From a virus, in IMG/VR virus record IMGVR_UViG_3300025282_000024: a stretch of 64,000 nt of DNA. The stretch is one strand, 5' to 3'. How positions within the stretch are numbered: position 1 is the first letter of the stretch; each line of letters opens with the position of its first letter. The notes beneath the pieces were generated by a model. It did no database searches. It saw nothing but the letters and a program-made list of their open reading frames with translations, and was not told the origin of the DNA. Shown here in pieces: positions 42,376 through 51,249 of the stretch. The position numbers and the translations under genes are program-made.

Positions 42376-43207
42376 CTTCTATCCTCCTTATTTTTTTCCT
42401 TACAATTTCCCAAATATTATATTCATCCAAAACCTTATTCCTGCTTCTTCTTAACGATTCTATCGTTTCATCGGTAACAGGAGCTTCTAATATTTTTTTT
42501 ATTTTTGCGGCGGGATCAGGATCATACAAATCTATGCATCGGTAACTCAAGGGATCAAAAAAATCATCTATATTAGGGCAGCCCCAATATATTGGGATAG
42601 ACCAAGAAAGATACGCATCCGCTAATTTCTCAGTCCAATAATTTTTCTCTTGAGAGTTTTCTAATACAACACTATAAGTATAGGGAGACAAGCCACGTAA
42701 TTTGCAATTACCATCATAATTTAATTCCCCCTTATAATTTTTTTTATAATCCTGTTTATTATGACCTCTTCCATAAAGATCGATCATATTTTCATTTGTG
42801 ATCAATTTCTTAACAAAATTTTGTCTATGATTGTGCTTTGATGAAACTACACAACTAATTTTTTTTTCTTTCTCAGGATAAGGCATTTCTTTTAGCTGGT
42901 CATAACTTCTGTTTACCCACCATGTTATACCACAATGAGTGTTTTCCCATATAAGCATATGCTTGAATGTTCTGGATAGCTTTTCTATAAAATTTGGTTC
43001 ACGTTTAATATATATTGTTTTGTCAGGATCAATATTATAATTCGTATTTTTTCCTCCAAGAATTATATAATAATCAGCATTATTGATATTTGAGACGCCC
43101 ACAATATCTTTCCAGACACCAGAAAGGCCCGGTGTTTGCTTATTATAGCGTTGCAATAAACTAGCCGGGTACTCATTCCACGAATTTATAAAGAAAACTT
43201 TGTTCAT
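42365..43207 (-). CDS. GT10-like (alpha-1,3-fucosyltransferase family) glycosyltransferase
   Basis: IDLYGRG..YTYSVVLENSQEKNYWTEKLADAYLSWSIPIYWG matches the GT10 EN..Y.TEK motif. Confidence 0.88.
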   Translation of the reverse strand: MNKVFFINSWNEYPASLLQRYNKQTPGLSGVWKDIVGVSNINNADYYIILGGKNTNYNIDPDKTIYIKREPNFIEKLSRTFKHMLIWENTHCGITWWVNRSYDQLKEMPYPEKEKKISCVVSSKHNHRQNFVKKLITNENMIDLYGRGHNKQDYKKNYKGELNYDGNCKLRGLSPYTYSVVLENSQEKNYWTEKLADAYLSWSIPIYWGCPNIDDFFDPLSYRCIDLYDPDPAAKIKKILEAPVTDETIESLRRSRNKVLDEYNIWEIVRKKIRRIEDAN

Positions 43208-43228
43208 TTTTCGGCAACCACAACTTTC

Positions 43229-45277
43229 TCACTTATCTTCATTATAATTCCCTTTTATTAAAATAACATCCTTTCTATCTTTTTCTTCATCGCGATTTTC
43301 TTTCATTTTTATCATACCCTGCAGGGATAAAAATTTCAAGCCGTGGGCATAGATGTGTTTTTTTGAATTATATAAGATATCTCGCGCATCATCAACATAG
43401 TATCTGAGATATGGATTATGAGAAGAAACATTTTCAGTAAATGGAATTGTATTTGATGGTAAATGAATAACATCAAAATCGCGACATGCACGCTTTCCAT
43501 ATAAGGACAATGGGGCGCTACCTCCAACACAGAAATCTTCTAAGTCTAAGTCGCTATTTTCAATTATATGCTTAGTCTCTTTTACAAACTGCTTAATGTT
43601 TGGTGTATTAAATGCGCCCACCTTTGAAGTGTTTATAAATTCTAAAGTAGGTTCGTGGAATGCAATAGTTGCATTTCTCCAGGCCTCTTCGTAAGTGTCT
43701 GTGGTATGTACGCTTGGCTTTCCAATACCAACAACATCTCTAATTTCATTTTTTACGCGTGTGGCTGTTTCTGGGCCGGCACATTCAAATAAAATAACCT
43801 TTACTGCGCTTCCTTTAGAAAAATTTAAATTAGCTTGTTCATGAGCGCCTGGATATCCATTTGTTTCATTGCCAAGCCACGTTTCGTCAGAATAGGAAGA
43901 GATAACATAATTTAATTTACCAGTATCACTAAGTTCAATATCCTTTTGATAAATAACAGAGACATTGTTTTTTGTAAAAATCTGAGAGATTTTATCAAAA
44001 TGAGGCTGACAATGGGCACAAAGAGATGTCACAAATACATTTTTCTTTAGTCTCATGTATTCTAGAGCCATGGCATCTGCCGTGTCTCTGTCTAGACCCG
44101 TTGGGACAATATCCCTCTTATTTAAAAAATAATCCGCAGAACACATTAATTGGCCCGCATCTGGGGCACTTTCTTTGCAAATGAGGGGTACACCATAGGT
44201 AATGGCCGCGGCGGTGCGGTGAGCACCATTTAAAAGCATGTGGTTGTCGTTTACAGGAACAAATGACTTCTCTTCATCAAAACCTGTTGTTTTCATCTCC
44301 TCCAAGATCGAGTGATAGGCATTATAAAAATCTTCTAAATTGTTTTTAGCAGGTCTCTTTTCGGTAAACCCACCCCATACTTCCAGGTGATTTTCATATA
44401 CTGATTTTGCAAAAAAGTCTTCTACGCCTTTTTCACGATGCCGAGCATATAAAGTCTTTGCTGGTAGGTCAAACCTCCAGGCAGTCAAAAGTTCGGTCGC
44501 ATCATCAATGACAAACCTATCTTTGTATTTACTTTTAATGCCATAAACCCTTGAATACTTAGGTTTGCGTCGAATCTCTGACTCATATGATAGTTGTTTT
44601 TTACGCTTTTCTGGTACTACATGATCGTTATTGTCATGAAGATTATAAACATATATTAACTCTTTGACAAAAGATATTTTATCCCCAGCCATCTCCAGCA
44701 TGGGAAACATAAAAGCTAAATCCCAAGCAGCTTCGTAAAAATTATCTTCTTTATTTTTAAGATCTTCTACTTTGATCTGTTTCCAAAGATGATATTTGAA
44801 GGTTCTTAAGGCTGAAGTCATCCATGGGGAATTCCTGTAAGAGCGATTTCTTATTATTTTTTTAGGAACTGCCTTCTCACAGAATTTGCTGCGCTCTCCA
44901 GAAGGATAAAGTACATGGCTTCCATAAGTCAGCCAACAATCATCACTATAATATTTACATAATGTCGATAATACTTCGGCATTCGCAAACCAGTCATCTC
45001 CATCTAAAGAAACAATTATATCTTCGCCTTTTGGGTCTGAAACATTGATAGCATTATAAATATTTTCTAGGGCGCCCACATTCGTTTTATTCTGAATCAA
45101 AGTAAACCGAGAATCTGTTTCAATTTCTCTTTTAATAATAGAAACACTATCATCAGAGGAAGCATCATCAACCAGCACACATTGAAAATCTGTATATTTT
45201 TGTGCTTTGATACTGCGTATACACGCTTTAACCCACTTTTCCACATTGTAAAGAGGGACAATTATTTTAAAATGCAT
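43229..45277 (-). CDS. GT2 glycosyltransferase fused to ParB/Srx-like and pol-beta nucleotidyltransferase-like domains
   Basis: N-terminal IIVPLYNVEKW..VDDASSDDS..LDGDDW (GT-A); central LLNGAHRTAAA (DGxHR-like); C-terminal VGGSAPLSLYGKRACRDFDV (hGGS..DhD). The GT2 call is strong; the other two are inferred. Confidence 0.8.
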   Translation of the reverse strand: MHFKIIVPLYNVEKWVKACIRSIKAQKYTDFQCVLVDDASSDDSVSIIKREIETDSRFTLIQNKTNVGALENIYNAINVSDPKGEDIIVSLDGDDWFANAEVLSTLCKYYSDDCWLTYGSHVLYPSGERSKFCEKAVPKKIIRNRSYRNSPWMTSALRTFKYHLWKQIKVEDLKNKEDNFYEAAWDLAFMFPMLEMAGDKISFVKELIYVYNLHDNNDHVVPEKRKKQLSYESEIRRKPKYSRVYGIKSKYKDRFVIDDATELLTAWRFDLPAKTLYARHREKGVEDFFAKSVYENHLEVWGGFTEKRPAKNNLEDFYNAYHSILEEMKTTGFDEEKSFVPVNDNHMLLNGAHRTAAAITYGVPLICKESAPDAGQLMCSADYFLNKRDIVPTGLDRDTADAMALEYMRLKKNVFVTSLCAHCQPHFDKISQIFTKNNVSVIYQKDIELSDTGKLNYVISSYSDETWLGNETNGYPGAHEQANLNFSKGSAVKVILFECAGPETATRVKNEIRDVVGIGKPSVHTTDTYEEAWRNATIAFHEPTLEFINTSKVGAFNTPNIKQFVKETKHIIENSDLDLEDFCVGGSAPLSLYGKRACRDFDVIHLPSNTIPFTENVSSHNPYLRYYVDDARDILYNSKKHIYAHGLKFLSLQGMIKMKENRDEEKDRKDVILIKGNYNEDK

Positions 45278-46104
45278 TTCTCAACTACCTCGGCAATTTC
45301 TTGTCTTTTCTCAACAAAACACTTTATCAAATCTGAACCTTTCTTCTTAAACCATGGTTCTTTTGTGGCGCCCACTAAATCATTAGTTATTAAGCTCATG
45401 TTCATCATTCTTGCTTCAACCACTATCCTGGAAAAAGTCTCCGGCGTTGAAGGAAAAAATATTAAATTTTCATTTTTGGATATATTTTCTAAAAATATAT
45501 TTGGTGGTGCGGGATCTATTAGCTCATAATCAATGCCCTTAATACGACAATATTCAATTGACCCGACTGTATTCTTATGTGCGATATGAGAATTCATAAT
45601 AGAGCTTTTTTCATTTTTAGTCTTTTTGGAGAGGTCCTCTAGAAGCTTAAGCGTTTTGAGCGACCATAAGTTTCCACTTAAATTAACAATGTTGTTGAGT
45701 GATAAATTAACCCTTACAATATCGGCATGAAATTTAGTTTGACACAAAATAGCTTGTGCATTTTTATAAAAATCAAAATTAATTATTTCTGTTTTGGGAG
45801 CAATAAAATCCGGATAATTCGCAGGATTTCTGGTTTTAAGATATTTGTGATCATGCTCATAGATCACATAAGGCAACGAGCCCTCTGTAATTTTGTCTTT
45901 TACAGAGGGCTCTAAATTGATAAAGTTAGATATGATTGCACCATCCATATCATTTAACGACTTGTTAGTGACCAAATGACTTTGCAAACTGACAACATCG
46001 TGACCATTTTTTTTCAAGATACAAATTAATTCTTCATTGTTTAATTCGCCACCCCCAACCAAATGTTCAGCAAAAAAGTCAGCTATAAAAAGCAACTTAG
46101 TCAT
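45262..46104 (-). CDS. GT-B fold (GT4-like) glycosyltransferase
   Basis: GGGELN near the N-terminus; PETFSRIVVEARMMN matches E-x7-E. Confidence 0.7.
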   Translation of the reverse strand: MTKLLFIADFFAEHLVGGGELNNEELICILKKNGHDVVSLQSHLVTNKSLNDMDGAIISNFINLEPSVKDKITEGSLPYVIYEHDHKYLKTRNPANYPDFIAPKTEIINFDFYKNAQAILCQTKFHADIVRVNLSLNNIVNLSGNLWSLKTLKLLEDLSKKTKNEKSSIMNSHIAHKNTVGSIEYCRIKGIDYELIDPAPPNIFLENISKNENLIFFPSTPETFSRIVVEARMMNMSLITNDLVGATKEPWFKKKGSDLIKCFVEKRQEIAEVVEKCILK

Positions 46105-47380
46105 ACTTTTCTTCGTTCAACTCATTAAGCCAACTTTGCACATCTACGCTCTCTGAAGCATATTCCTTTAGACAATCATTAAATGCCTTATACTGTTTTT
46201 CTTCACTGAAATTTTTTAATACCCATTTCTGAAGATCTTTGGCCTGCTTTTTAAATCTACCATAGTCTTTATAAATCTCTCTTAATTTCATTTTATAAGA
46301 GCCGGGTTGTGCATATGCCCACATTGAGCCTTTTTCTAATACACCATCCCAAACAGCATGATCGGGTATTGGCTGAATATCATAGCCCACTTTTCCAAAA
46401 TGAGCTTTCATTTTTTCTTTGCCAGTTTTCTTATCTTTTTTAGGTGCAAAAAGAAAATCTATATGGCCGCTCCATGCCGGAGCCACCACTGGAAGTCCTG
46501 AATATGCAGCCTCAAACAACGGTAGCCCAAAGCCCTCGCCATGGGTTAAAGAAACTAAAGCTTTAATTTTTGGATGTTTATACAAAGAATGCATTTCTTC
46601 ATCCGACATATCTCCATGTAAAAGATATATTTTGCATTGCCTATTTTCGTACTGTTTCAAAAAGTTTGTAATTGTTTTCGTCGTATGTTCACGATCAATA
46701 ATTGAATTACCCTTTGTAAAGGCTTTCACAACTAAACCAACATCCGGATTGTCAATAAATTCCTCAACAAACCACTTAATAGTATTAGATAAATTTTTTC
46801 TTGGGCCCCACTGAGCTACCGTGAGGAAATTAAAATCAGTCTTTAGATCTAAATTTACATTAACATCTTCATATTGTTTTACTGGATAGTGTACAACCTC
46901 TACATCCTTTTGGCATTTTAGTTCAGCCTTCTGGCCTGTATTTTTATCTACGCCATCATACGTAGTTTTTAAAAACACTTGTTTAGAATGTTCCGATACC
47001 GTAATTACCTTATTCATATGATTAACTTTTTCAAGCCAAACCGGAGATACTCTAGTTGTTTCAATTCCAGCAGTTACACCAATATTAACCGGTGCCATTT
47101 GCTGCCATTCATTTGGAATTGTAACCTGTATACTAATATCGTATTGGGGACGTCCCTGCGTTTGATGGTGATACGCGGCGGTTTTTTGAATTAAGCTATC
47201 TAGCCACCGGCGTTCGTCATTATCTTCGTGTATCCAGCCGCATTGACCCCACGGTACCGGCAATACATGTATATCATATACATCTTCAACTGCTTTGAGA
47301 GCCCTTAAAACAAATCTTCCATGTTCTCCGTAACCAGATCGAGTCAAAACTGGCGCTCTTACTATTATTTTTTGTTTCAT
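46097..47380 (-). CDS. GT4-family glycosyltransferase
   Basis: SGYGEHGR, WGPRKN, THGEGFGLPLFEAAYSGLPVVA. Start moved to MKQKII at 47380, which is TAATG-coupled to the upstream gene. Confidence 0.9.
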   Translation of the reverse strand: MKQKIIVRAPVLTRSGYGEHGRFVLRALKAVEDVYDIHVLPVPWGQCGWIHEDNDERRWLDSLIQKTAAYHHQTQGRPQYDISIQVTIPNEWQQMAPVNIGVTAGIETTRVSPVWLEKVNHMNKVITVSEHSKQVFLKTTYDGVDKNTGQKAELKCQKDVEVVHYPVKQYEDVNVNLDLKTDFNFLTVAQWGPRKNLSNTIKWFVEEFIDNPDVGLVVKAFTKGNSIIDREHTTKTITNFLKQYENRQCKIYLLHGDMSDEEMHSLYKHPKIKALVSLTHGEGFGLPLFEAAYSGLPVVAPAWSGHIDFLFAPKKDKKTGKEKMKAHFGKVGYDIQPIPDHAVWDGVLEKGSMWAYAQPGSYKMKLREIYKDYGRFKKQAKDLQKWVLKNFSEEKQYKAFNDCLKEYASESVDVQSWLNELNEEKYD

Positions 47381-48660
47381 TATAGTTCCTTTAATTCCCA
47401 ATTAGTATAGCCATGGCGAGTTTCCCAAGATCCCATTTCTTCATGTATTGTAGTTAATGTTTTTTCCCATGAACTACAATAGTTTTCGAAATTATAATTT
47501 TTTACAACATGATCACGGCCTAATTTTCCCATTTTTTCTCTTTTTTTCTTCGGCATTTCATACATTTTTAACATAGCATTGATACAATCTTCTCCTGATA
47601 TACGATCTTCGTAGATCCATGGAATATCTTGAGAACCAATAACTGCCTTCGAAGCTGGTTCAATACCAATCCCAAACCAATTTTTTCCATCTGTAACTTG
47701 CTCTTGAAGGCCACCCGTCATATTAACAATAATAGGAGTTTCACAAGACAAGGATTCAAGCGTAGCCAAGCCGAAGCCCTCTGCATCAGCAATATTAATA
47801 GTGCAATCACACATGTTATACATCAAAGACAGCACCATCGGATCAACCTTTTGTTGAGAAAATAATACTTCTCCGTTGGTCAAGCCCAATTCTAGGAGTA
47901 TCGCCTCTAGATCTTGGCCATGTTGATCTTTGACATCAGTGTGCATAATCAATGATGCCTTGTCGTGCCCAACTTTATCTAAAAACTCTTTAAACCAAAA
48001 AATCAAAGAGCCGCTCTGTTTTCTTCTAGCATTTCTATTATTCCAAAAAAATAAAAATTTACTTTCATCATATTCGTTTCCGAAAGACTTGCCAAAAGAA
48101 TTTTTTGCAAAATTATCAACATCTTCTACAGGATGTTTCGAAAATATTTGTGAATCCACCGCATGCGGCAGATACATAGATCTTACATTTGGAGAAACGT
48201 TTTTAACAACATCATCAGTTACTTTTGAAATGGTTGCAATAAAATCATTTGATTCATAATATTTTTTATTATACGTTGGATAGGGTCGATTATCCCAAAC
48301 ATGGTAATAAACCATTGGCACCAAGGGACGAATCTCATTTTCCATTTGCCACAACCAGCCAAAGAATCTAGGATCAGTCATAAACCAAAGAATATCTGGT
48401 TTTTCTTGTCTCAAGATAGAACGAAGTAGATCCGGGTTTCCATACCCATCAACCGGCAATGTTATCCAGTCTTCTCCATATTCCTCCGTCTTAATAGGCT
48501 GATAAGTCTGATGTTTCATTGCCCCACCAAGACTAAAAAATTTAAACTTTCCAGTCTTTAACATCGCCTCAATCATATATTTAGTTTGTGTGCCAACTCC
48601 AGATGGAGCAAAAGGCATATCACTAATTGTTAAAACCTTAATCTTTTTTTGTGTTTCCAA
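47380..48660 (-). CDS. GT4-family glycosyltransferase
   Basis: TTG start after GAGGG; SGVGTQ, NRNARRK, AEGFGLATLESLSCETPII. Confidence 0.9.
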   Translation of the reverse strand: METQKKIKVLTISDMPFAPSGVGTQTKYMIEAMLKTGKFKFFSLGGAMKHQTYQPIKTEEYGEDWITLPVDGYGNPDLLRSILRQEKPDILWFMTDPRFFGWLWQMENEIRPLVPMVYYHVWDNRPYPTYNKKYYESNDFIATISKVTDDVVKNVSPNVRSMYLPHAVDSQIFSKHPVEDVDNFAKNSFGKSFGNEYDESKFLFFWNNRNARRKQSGSLIFWFKEFLDKVGHDKASLIMHTDVKDQHGQDLEAILLELGLTNGEVLFSQQKVDPMVLSLMYNMCDCTINIADAEGFGLATLESLSCETPIIVNMTGGLQEQVTDGKNWFGIGIEPASKAVIGSQDIPWIYEDRISGEDCINAMLKMYEMPKKKREKMGKLGRDHVVKNYNFENYCSSWEKTLTTIHEEMGSWETRHGYTNWELKEL

Positions 48661-48669
48661 GCTAATCCC

Positions 48670-49446
48670 TCACTTACAATGTTTTGTATTATAAAATTCG
48701 CACGTTCCATATCTACCATGGCAAAACAAACGATTTTTAATATGCTTCTTGTGGGATATATTATAAAGGGCTTTATTTAATATTTTAAGAGCATTTTCAG
48801 TTTTTTTATTTCCACTAGTGACTCTGAATAATTCCACATTATTTGTTTTAGCCGTTCTTTTAATAAGCGCAAAATGAGTTTCTAAATTTGTAGGATCGAT
48901 TTTGTGTTTGATGGCAAAAAAATGTTTGTATAAAGTTAATTGATAGGTTGTCATTTTTTCAGATTTTCTTCTAGTATCCCATCCCCACGAACATGTTTTC
49001 CAATCAATAACATGATGTTTTCCATCGGGAGTTTTAACAACTAAATCCACAAATCCTTTAAAATTGTATCCATCATAATCCTCAATTGGTTCAAACAACT
49101 TCTCCTCAACAGAAACAAGCGTATAAGTACCAAAATAGTCCTTTAAAGCAGGAAGAATATGGTCCACTAACATTATGCCTTGTGAACGCATATCAGTGAC
49201 TAATTTTTTATTGAAGCCCAAAGTATCTGGAAGCTCTTTTAGTTCTTTAAGAAATTGTTCCTGAAAATATTCTTTTGGATTAGAAATATTATTTTCAACT
49301 AGCTGTTCGCATGTAGAGTGCATTGCACTTCCGAAAGCAGTGTGTTCATTTCCCTTAAAACCATCAATCTTATCTAAATAAACTAGTTTATGTTTCCATG
49401 GACACTCAGTCCATAATTTCATTTCTGAAAAGGAGATGTGAGACAA
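48670..49446 (-). CDS. PD-(D/E)XK exonuclease, Cas4/RecB-like, with Fe-S-type cysteines
   Basis: HISFSE..ECPWKH..FGSAMH..EEKL..GFVDLV..IDWKT..YQLTLY..C..C..C. Start reassigned to in-frame TTG at 49446, preceded by SD GAGG. Confidence 0.88.
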   Translation of the reverse strand: MSHISFSEMKLWTECPWKHKLVYLDKIDGFKGNEHTAFGSAMHSTCEQLVENNISNPKEYFQEQFLKELKELPDTLGFNKKLVTDMRSQGIMLVDHILPALKDYFGTYTLVSVEEKLFEPIEDYDGYNFKGFVDLVVKTPDGKHHVIDWKTCSWGWDTRRKSEKMTTYQLTLYKHFFAIKHKIDPTNLETHFALIKRTAKTNNVELFRVTSGNKKTENALKILNKALYNISHKKHIKNRLFCHGRYGTCEFYNTKHCK

Positions 49447-49447
49447 C

Positions 49448-49831
49448 TTATACCTCTTTTGTTGTTTTAGTCGTTGTTTTAGAGGCGCGTGCCTTACTAT
49501 TTTCTGGCGTAGTAGTTTCTCTAGTCGCTCTTGATTTGGGAACTGTTTTCTTCGTAGGTGCCTTTGATTTTGTAAAAGATTTTGCTTTCTTAATCTTAAG
49601 GTGCCACGTTGCCTCTGCATCTTCAGCTTTTCTAAAATTACTAACCGAGTCGGGGCCATCAACAGCTTCTACTTTAAAATCTTTATGTTTCTTTTCAAAT
49701 TCTTTTACAATAGTGTGTTTTTTAATTATTATTTTCTTTTCAGGGCGCAAACCATCCCAGAATAAGCTTTTCTTAATTACTACATTCGACTGATCTAAAA
49801 ACTCAATATGCATTTCTATATTCTCCTTCAT
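49448..49831 (-). CDS. Hypothetical protein with basic K/T/S-rich C-terminal tail
   Basis: 127 aa, tiles between neighbours; low-complexity basic tail. Confidence 0.65.
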   Translation of the reverse strand: MKENIEMHIEFLDQSNVVIKKSLFWDGLRPEKKIIIKKHTIVKEFEKKHKDFKVEAVDGPDSVSNFRKAEDAEATWHLKIKKAKSFTKSKAPTKKTVPKSRATRETTTPENSKARASKTTTKTTKEV

Positions 49832-50525
49832 TACTATAGTTCATTTCATATTCTTCCATTATGTTATTAATTTTATTATATAATACCGGACTTATATTCT
49901 TTAAGTATTTTTTATCTCTAAGAAAATAATTTTCAAAGCCATTAGCAAAATATTCATTAATGCTAGTAATTGCATAAGGAGAATAAAATAATCCCATTAT
50001 AAGGCTCTCTAAAAGAGGATATCCAACAATATTATACAAATAATAATCCAAATGTTTATCATATTCTGGATCATTAAATTTATCCTCCGGAGGCTCATAT
50101 CCTTCCTGATCTAAGAGATTGTAAAGTGTGCGCCGTTTCGAAAGGAATTCATCTTTTAAGACATCATCAAAATAAATATCTTTGCCATAACTTTCTTCTA
50201 CAGCATGAGCCATTTCATGTACAATATCATCAATCATATCGTTTTCGCTTTCTTGCTTATTTGTTATGTATAACGCGCCATCTTTATATTTTGCGTTAAA
50301 GGGTGTGTTGCTATCATTAAAAGCCTTAAAGCTTCCCACATACATTGCATCGACATTGTTCACGAGCCACTTAGGAACAAGGCCCTCAACAGTATCTAAC
50401 ACATATTGAAGATCAAAGTGGTAAGGAAGCTGATCCTTCAAAAAAACTAACTTATCACCGTATACTAGACGTTCTTTACTACTCTTTTTAGCGGCAGTGC
50501 TGCTCTCAACAATATATTCTTTCAT
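49803..50525 (-). CDS. Zincin-like metallopeptidase-domain protein
   Basis: IVHEMAHAVE (HExxH) plus downstream NEYFANGFENY. Start probably MKEYIVE at 50525. Confidence 0.7.
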   Translation of the reverse strand: MKEYIVESSTAAKKSSKERLVYGDKLVFLKDQLPYHFDLQYVLDTVEGLVPKWLVNNVDAMYVGSFKAFNDSNTPFNAKYKDGALYITNKQESENDMIDDIVHEMAHAVEESYGKDIYFDDVLKDEFLSKRRTLYNLLDQEGYEPPEDKFNDPEYDKHLDYYLYNIVGYPLLESLIMGLFYSPYAITSINEYFANGFENYFLRDKKYLKNISPVLYNKINNIMEEYEMNYSNEGEYRNAY

Positions 50526-50526
50526 T

Positions 50527-50790
50527 TTAAAGAAGCCCTTCACTCTTCATCATTTTTTCACCTTCATCAAAATCATAAATTGCCTGTTGGTATCCACGAA
50601 TAAAATTCTCTTCAGCAACAGCTAAAAGAAATTCTGGAAACTCTTTTGCTACTGTCTTAATAATCATCTCAACATTAACTTCATCATTTTCAGGGCTTAC
50701 TTGATTACCAACATAATCAACGAGCCACTCTTTTAATTCATTTGACTTCTCGACTGGCTTAAGAAGGTCCGGATTTTCATCAATACTCAT
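50527..50790 (-). CDS. Hypothetical protein
   Basis: 87 aa, SD GGAG, abuts the DoxX gene. Confidence 0.75.
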   Translation of the reverse strand: MSIDENPDLLKPVEKSNELKEWLVDYVGNQVSPENDEVNVEMIIKTVAKEFPEFLLAVAEENFIRGYQQAIYDFDEGEKMMKSEGLL

Positions 50791-51198
50791 TTATTTCTCC
50801 ATTAAAGTTTTAAAATCTTTTCGATATTTCCAAAGCAACGATATATAAAAAATTGTTACCAAGCTAGGAACAACTATAGATTCAACACTCAAGTCAAGGA
50901 ACAAGTGGAATAAAATAATATTAATAATTATTGGTGCTAACGCGACGAGTGACAATTTAACACATCGGTTAATAATAAGTGCAAAGCCACAAAGCACTTC
51001 CACGCCCTTCAAAAGAGGAAAAAAATAAGGAGCCGCTGATAGCCCATATAGAAACTCGTGAGATTCCGGCAGAGGTGTGGGGCTCGAAAAGAAATTAAAA
51101 AACCCGCTTAACCCATAAACGAAAAATATTAAACCGAGACAAATCTCCGTAACATTCTCACTAATTGTTTCTAATATTTTATATAATCTTACTTTCAT
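50791..51198 (-). CDS. DoxX-family membrane protein
   Basis: LGLIFFVYGL.GFF.F..P.P..YFFPLLKGVEVLCG..L..LAPIIINIILFHLFLD, four hydrophobic segments. Start at the second Met, after SD AAAGGAG. Confidence 0.85.
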   Translation of the reverse strand: MKVRLYKILETISENVTEICLGLIFFVYGLSGFFNFFSSPTPLPESHEFLYGLSAAPYFFPLLKGVEVLCGFALIINRCVKLSLVALAPIIINIILFHLFLDLSVESIVVPSLVTIFYISLLWKYRKDFKTLMEK

Positions 51199-51216
51199 AA
51201 CATAATCTCCTTTCAT

Positions 51217-51243
51217 AGTATAACATTATAATTTATTTGTCAA
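51217..51243 (-). promoter_or_regulatory. Sigma70-type promoter upstream of the DoxX gene
   Basis: TTGACA (51243-51238), 15-nt spacer ending in TGT, then TATACT (extended -10). Alternatively TACTAT at 17-nt spacing. Confidence 0.7.
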
Positions 51244-51249
51244 CATATT

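Noticed and set aside
48670-49446. CRISPR-Cas system suggested by the Cas4-like nuclease
   Set aside because: No repeat-spacer array or other cas genes were seen. Solo Cas4-like nucleases are common in phages.
49447-49662. N-terminal 72 aa of the ORF-track nuclease (start 49662)
   Set aside because: It lies almost entirely within the 49448..49831 gene in another frame. The family motif begins at HISFSE, right after a TTG with an SD.
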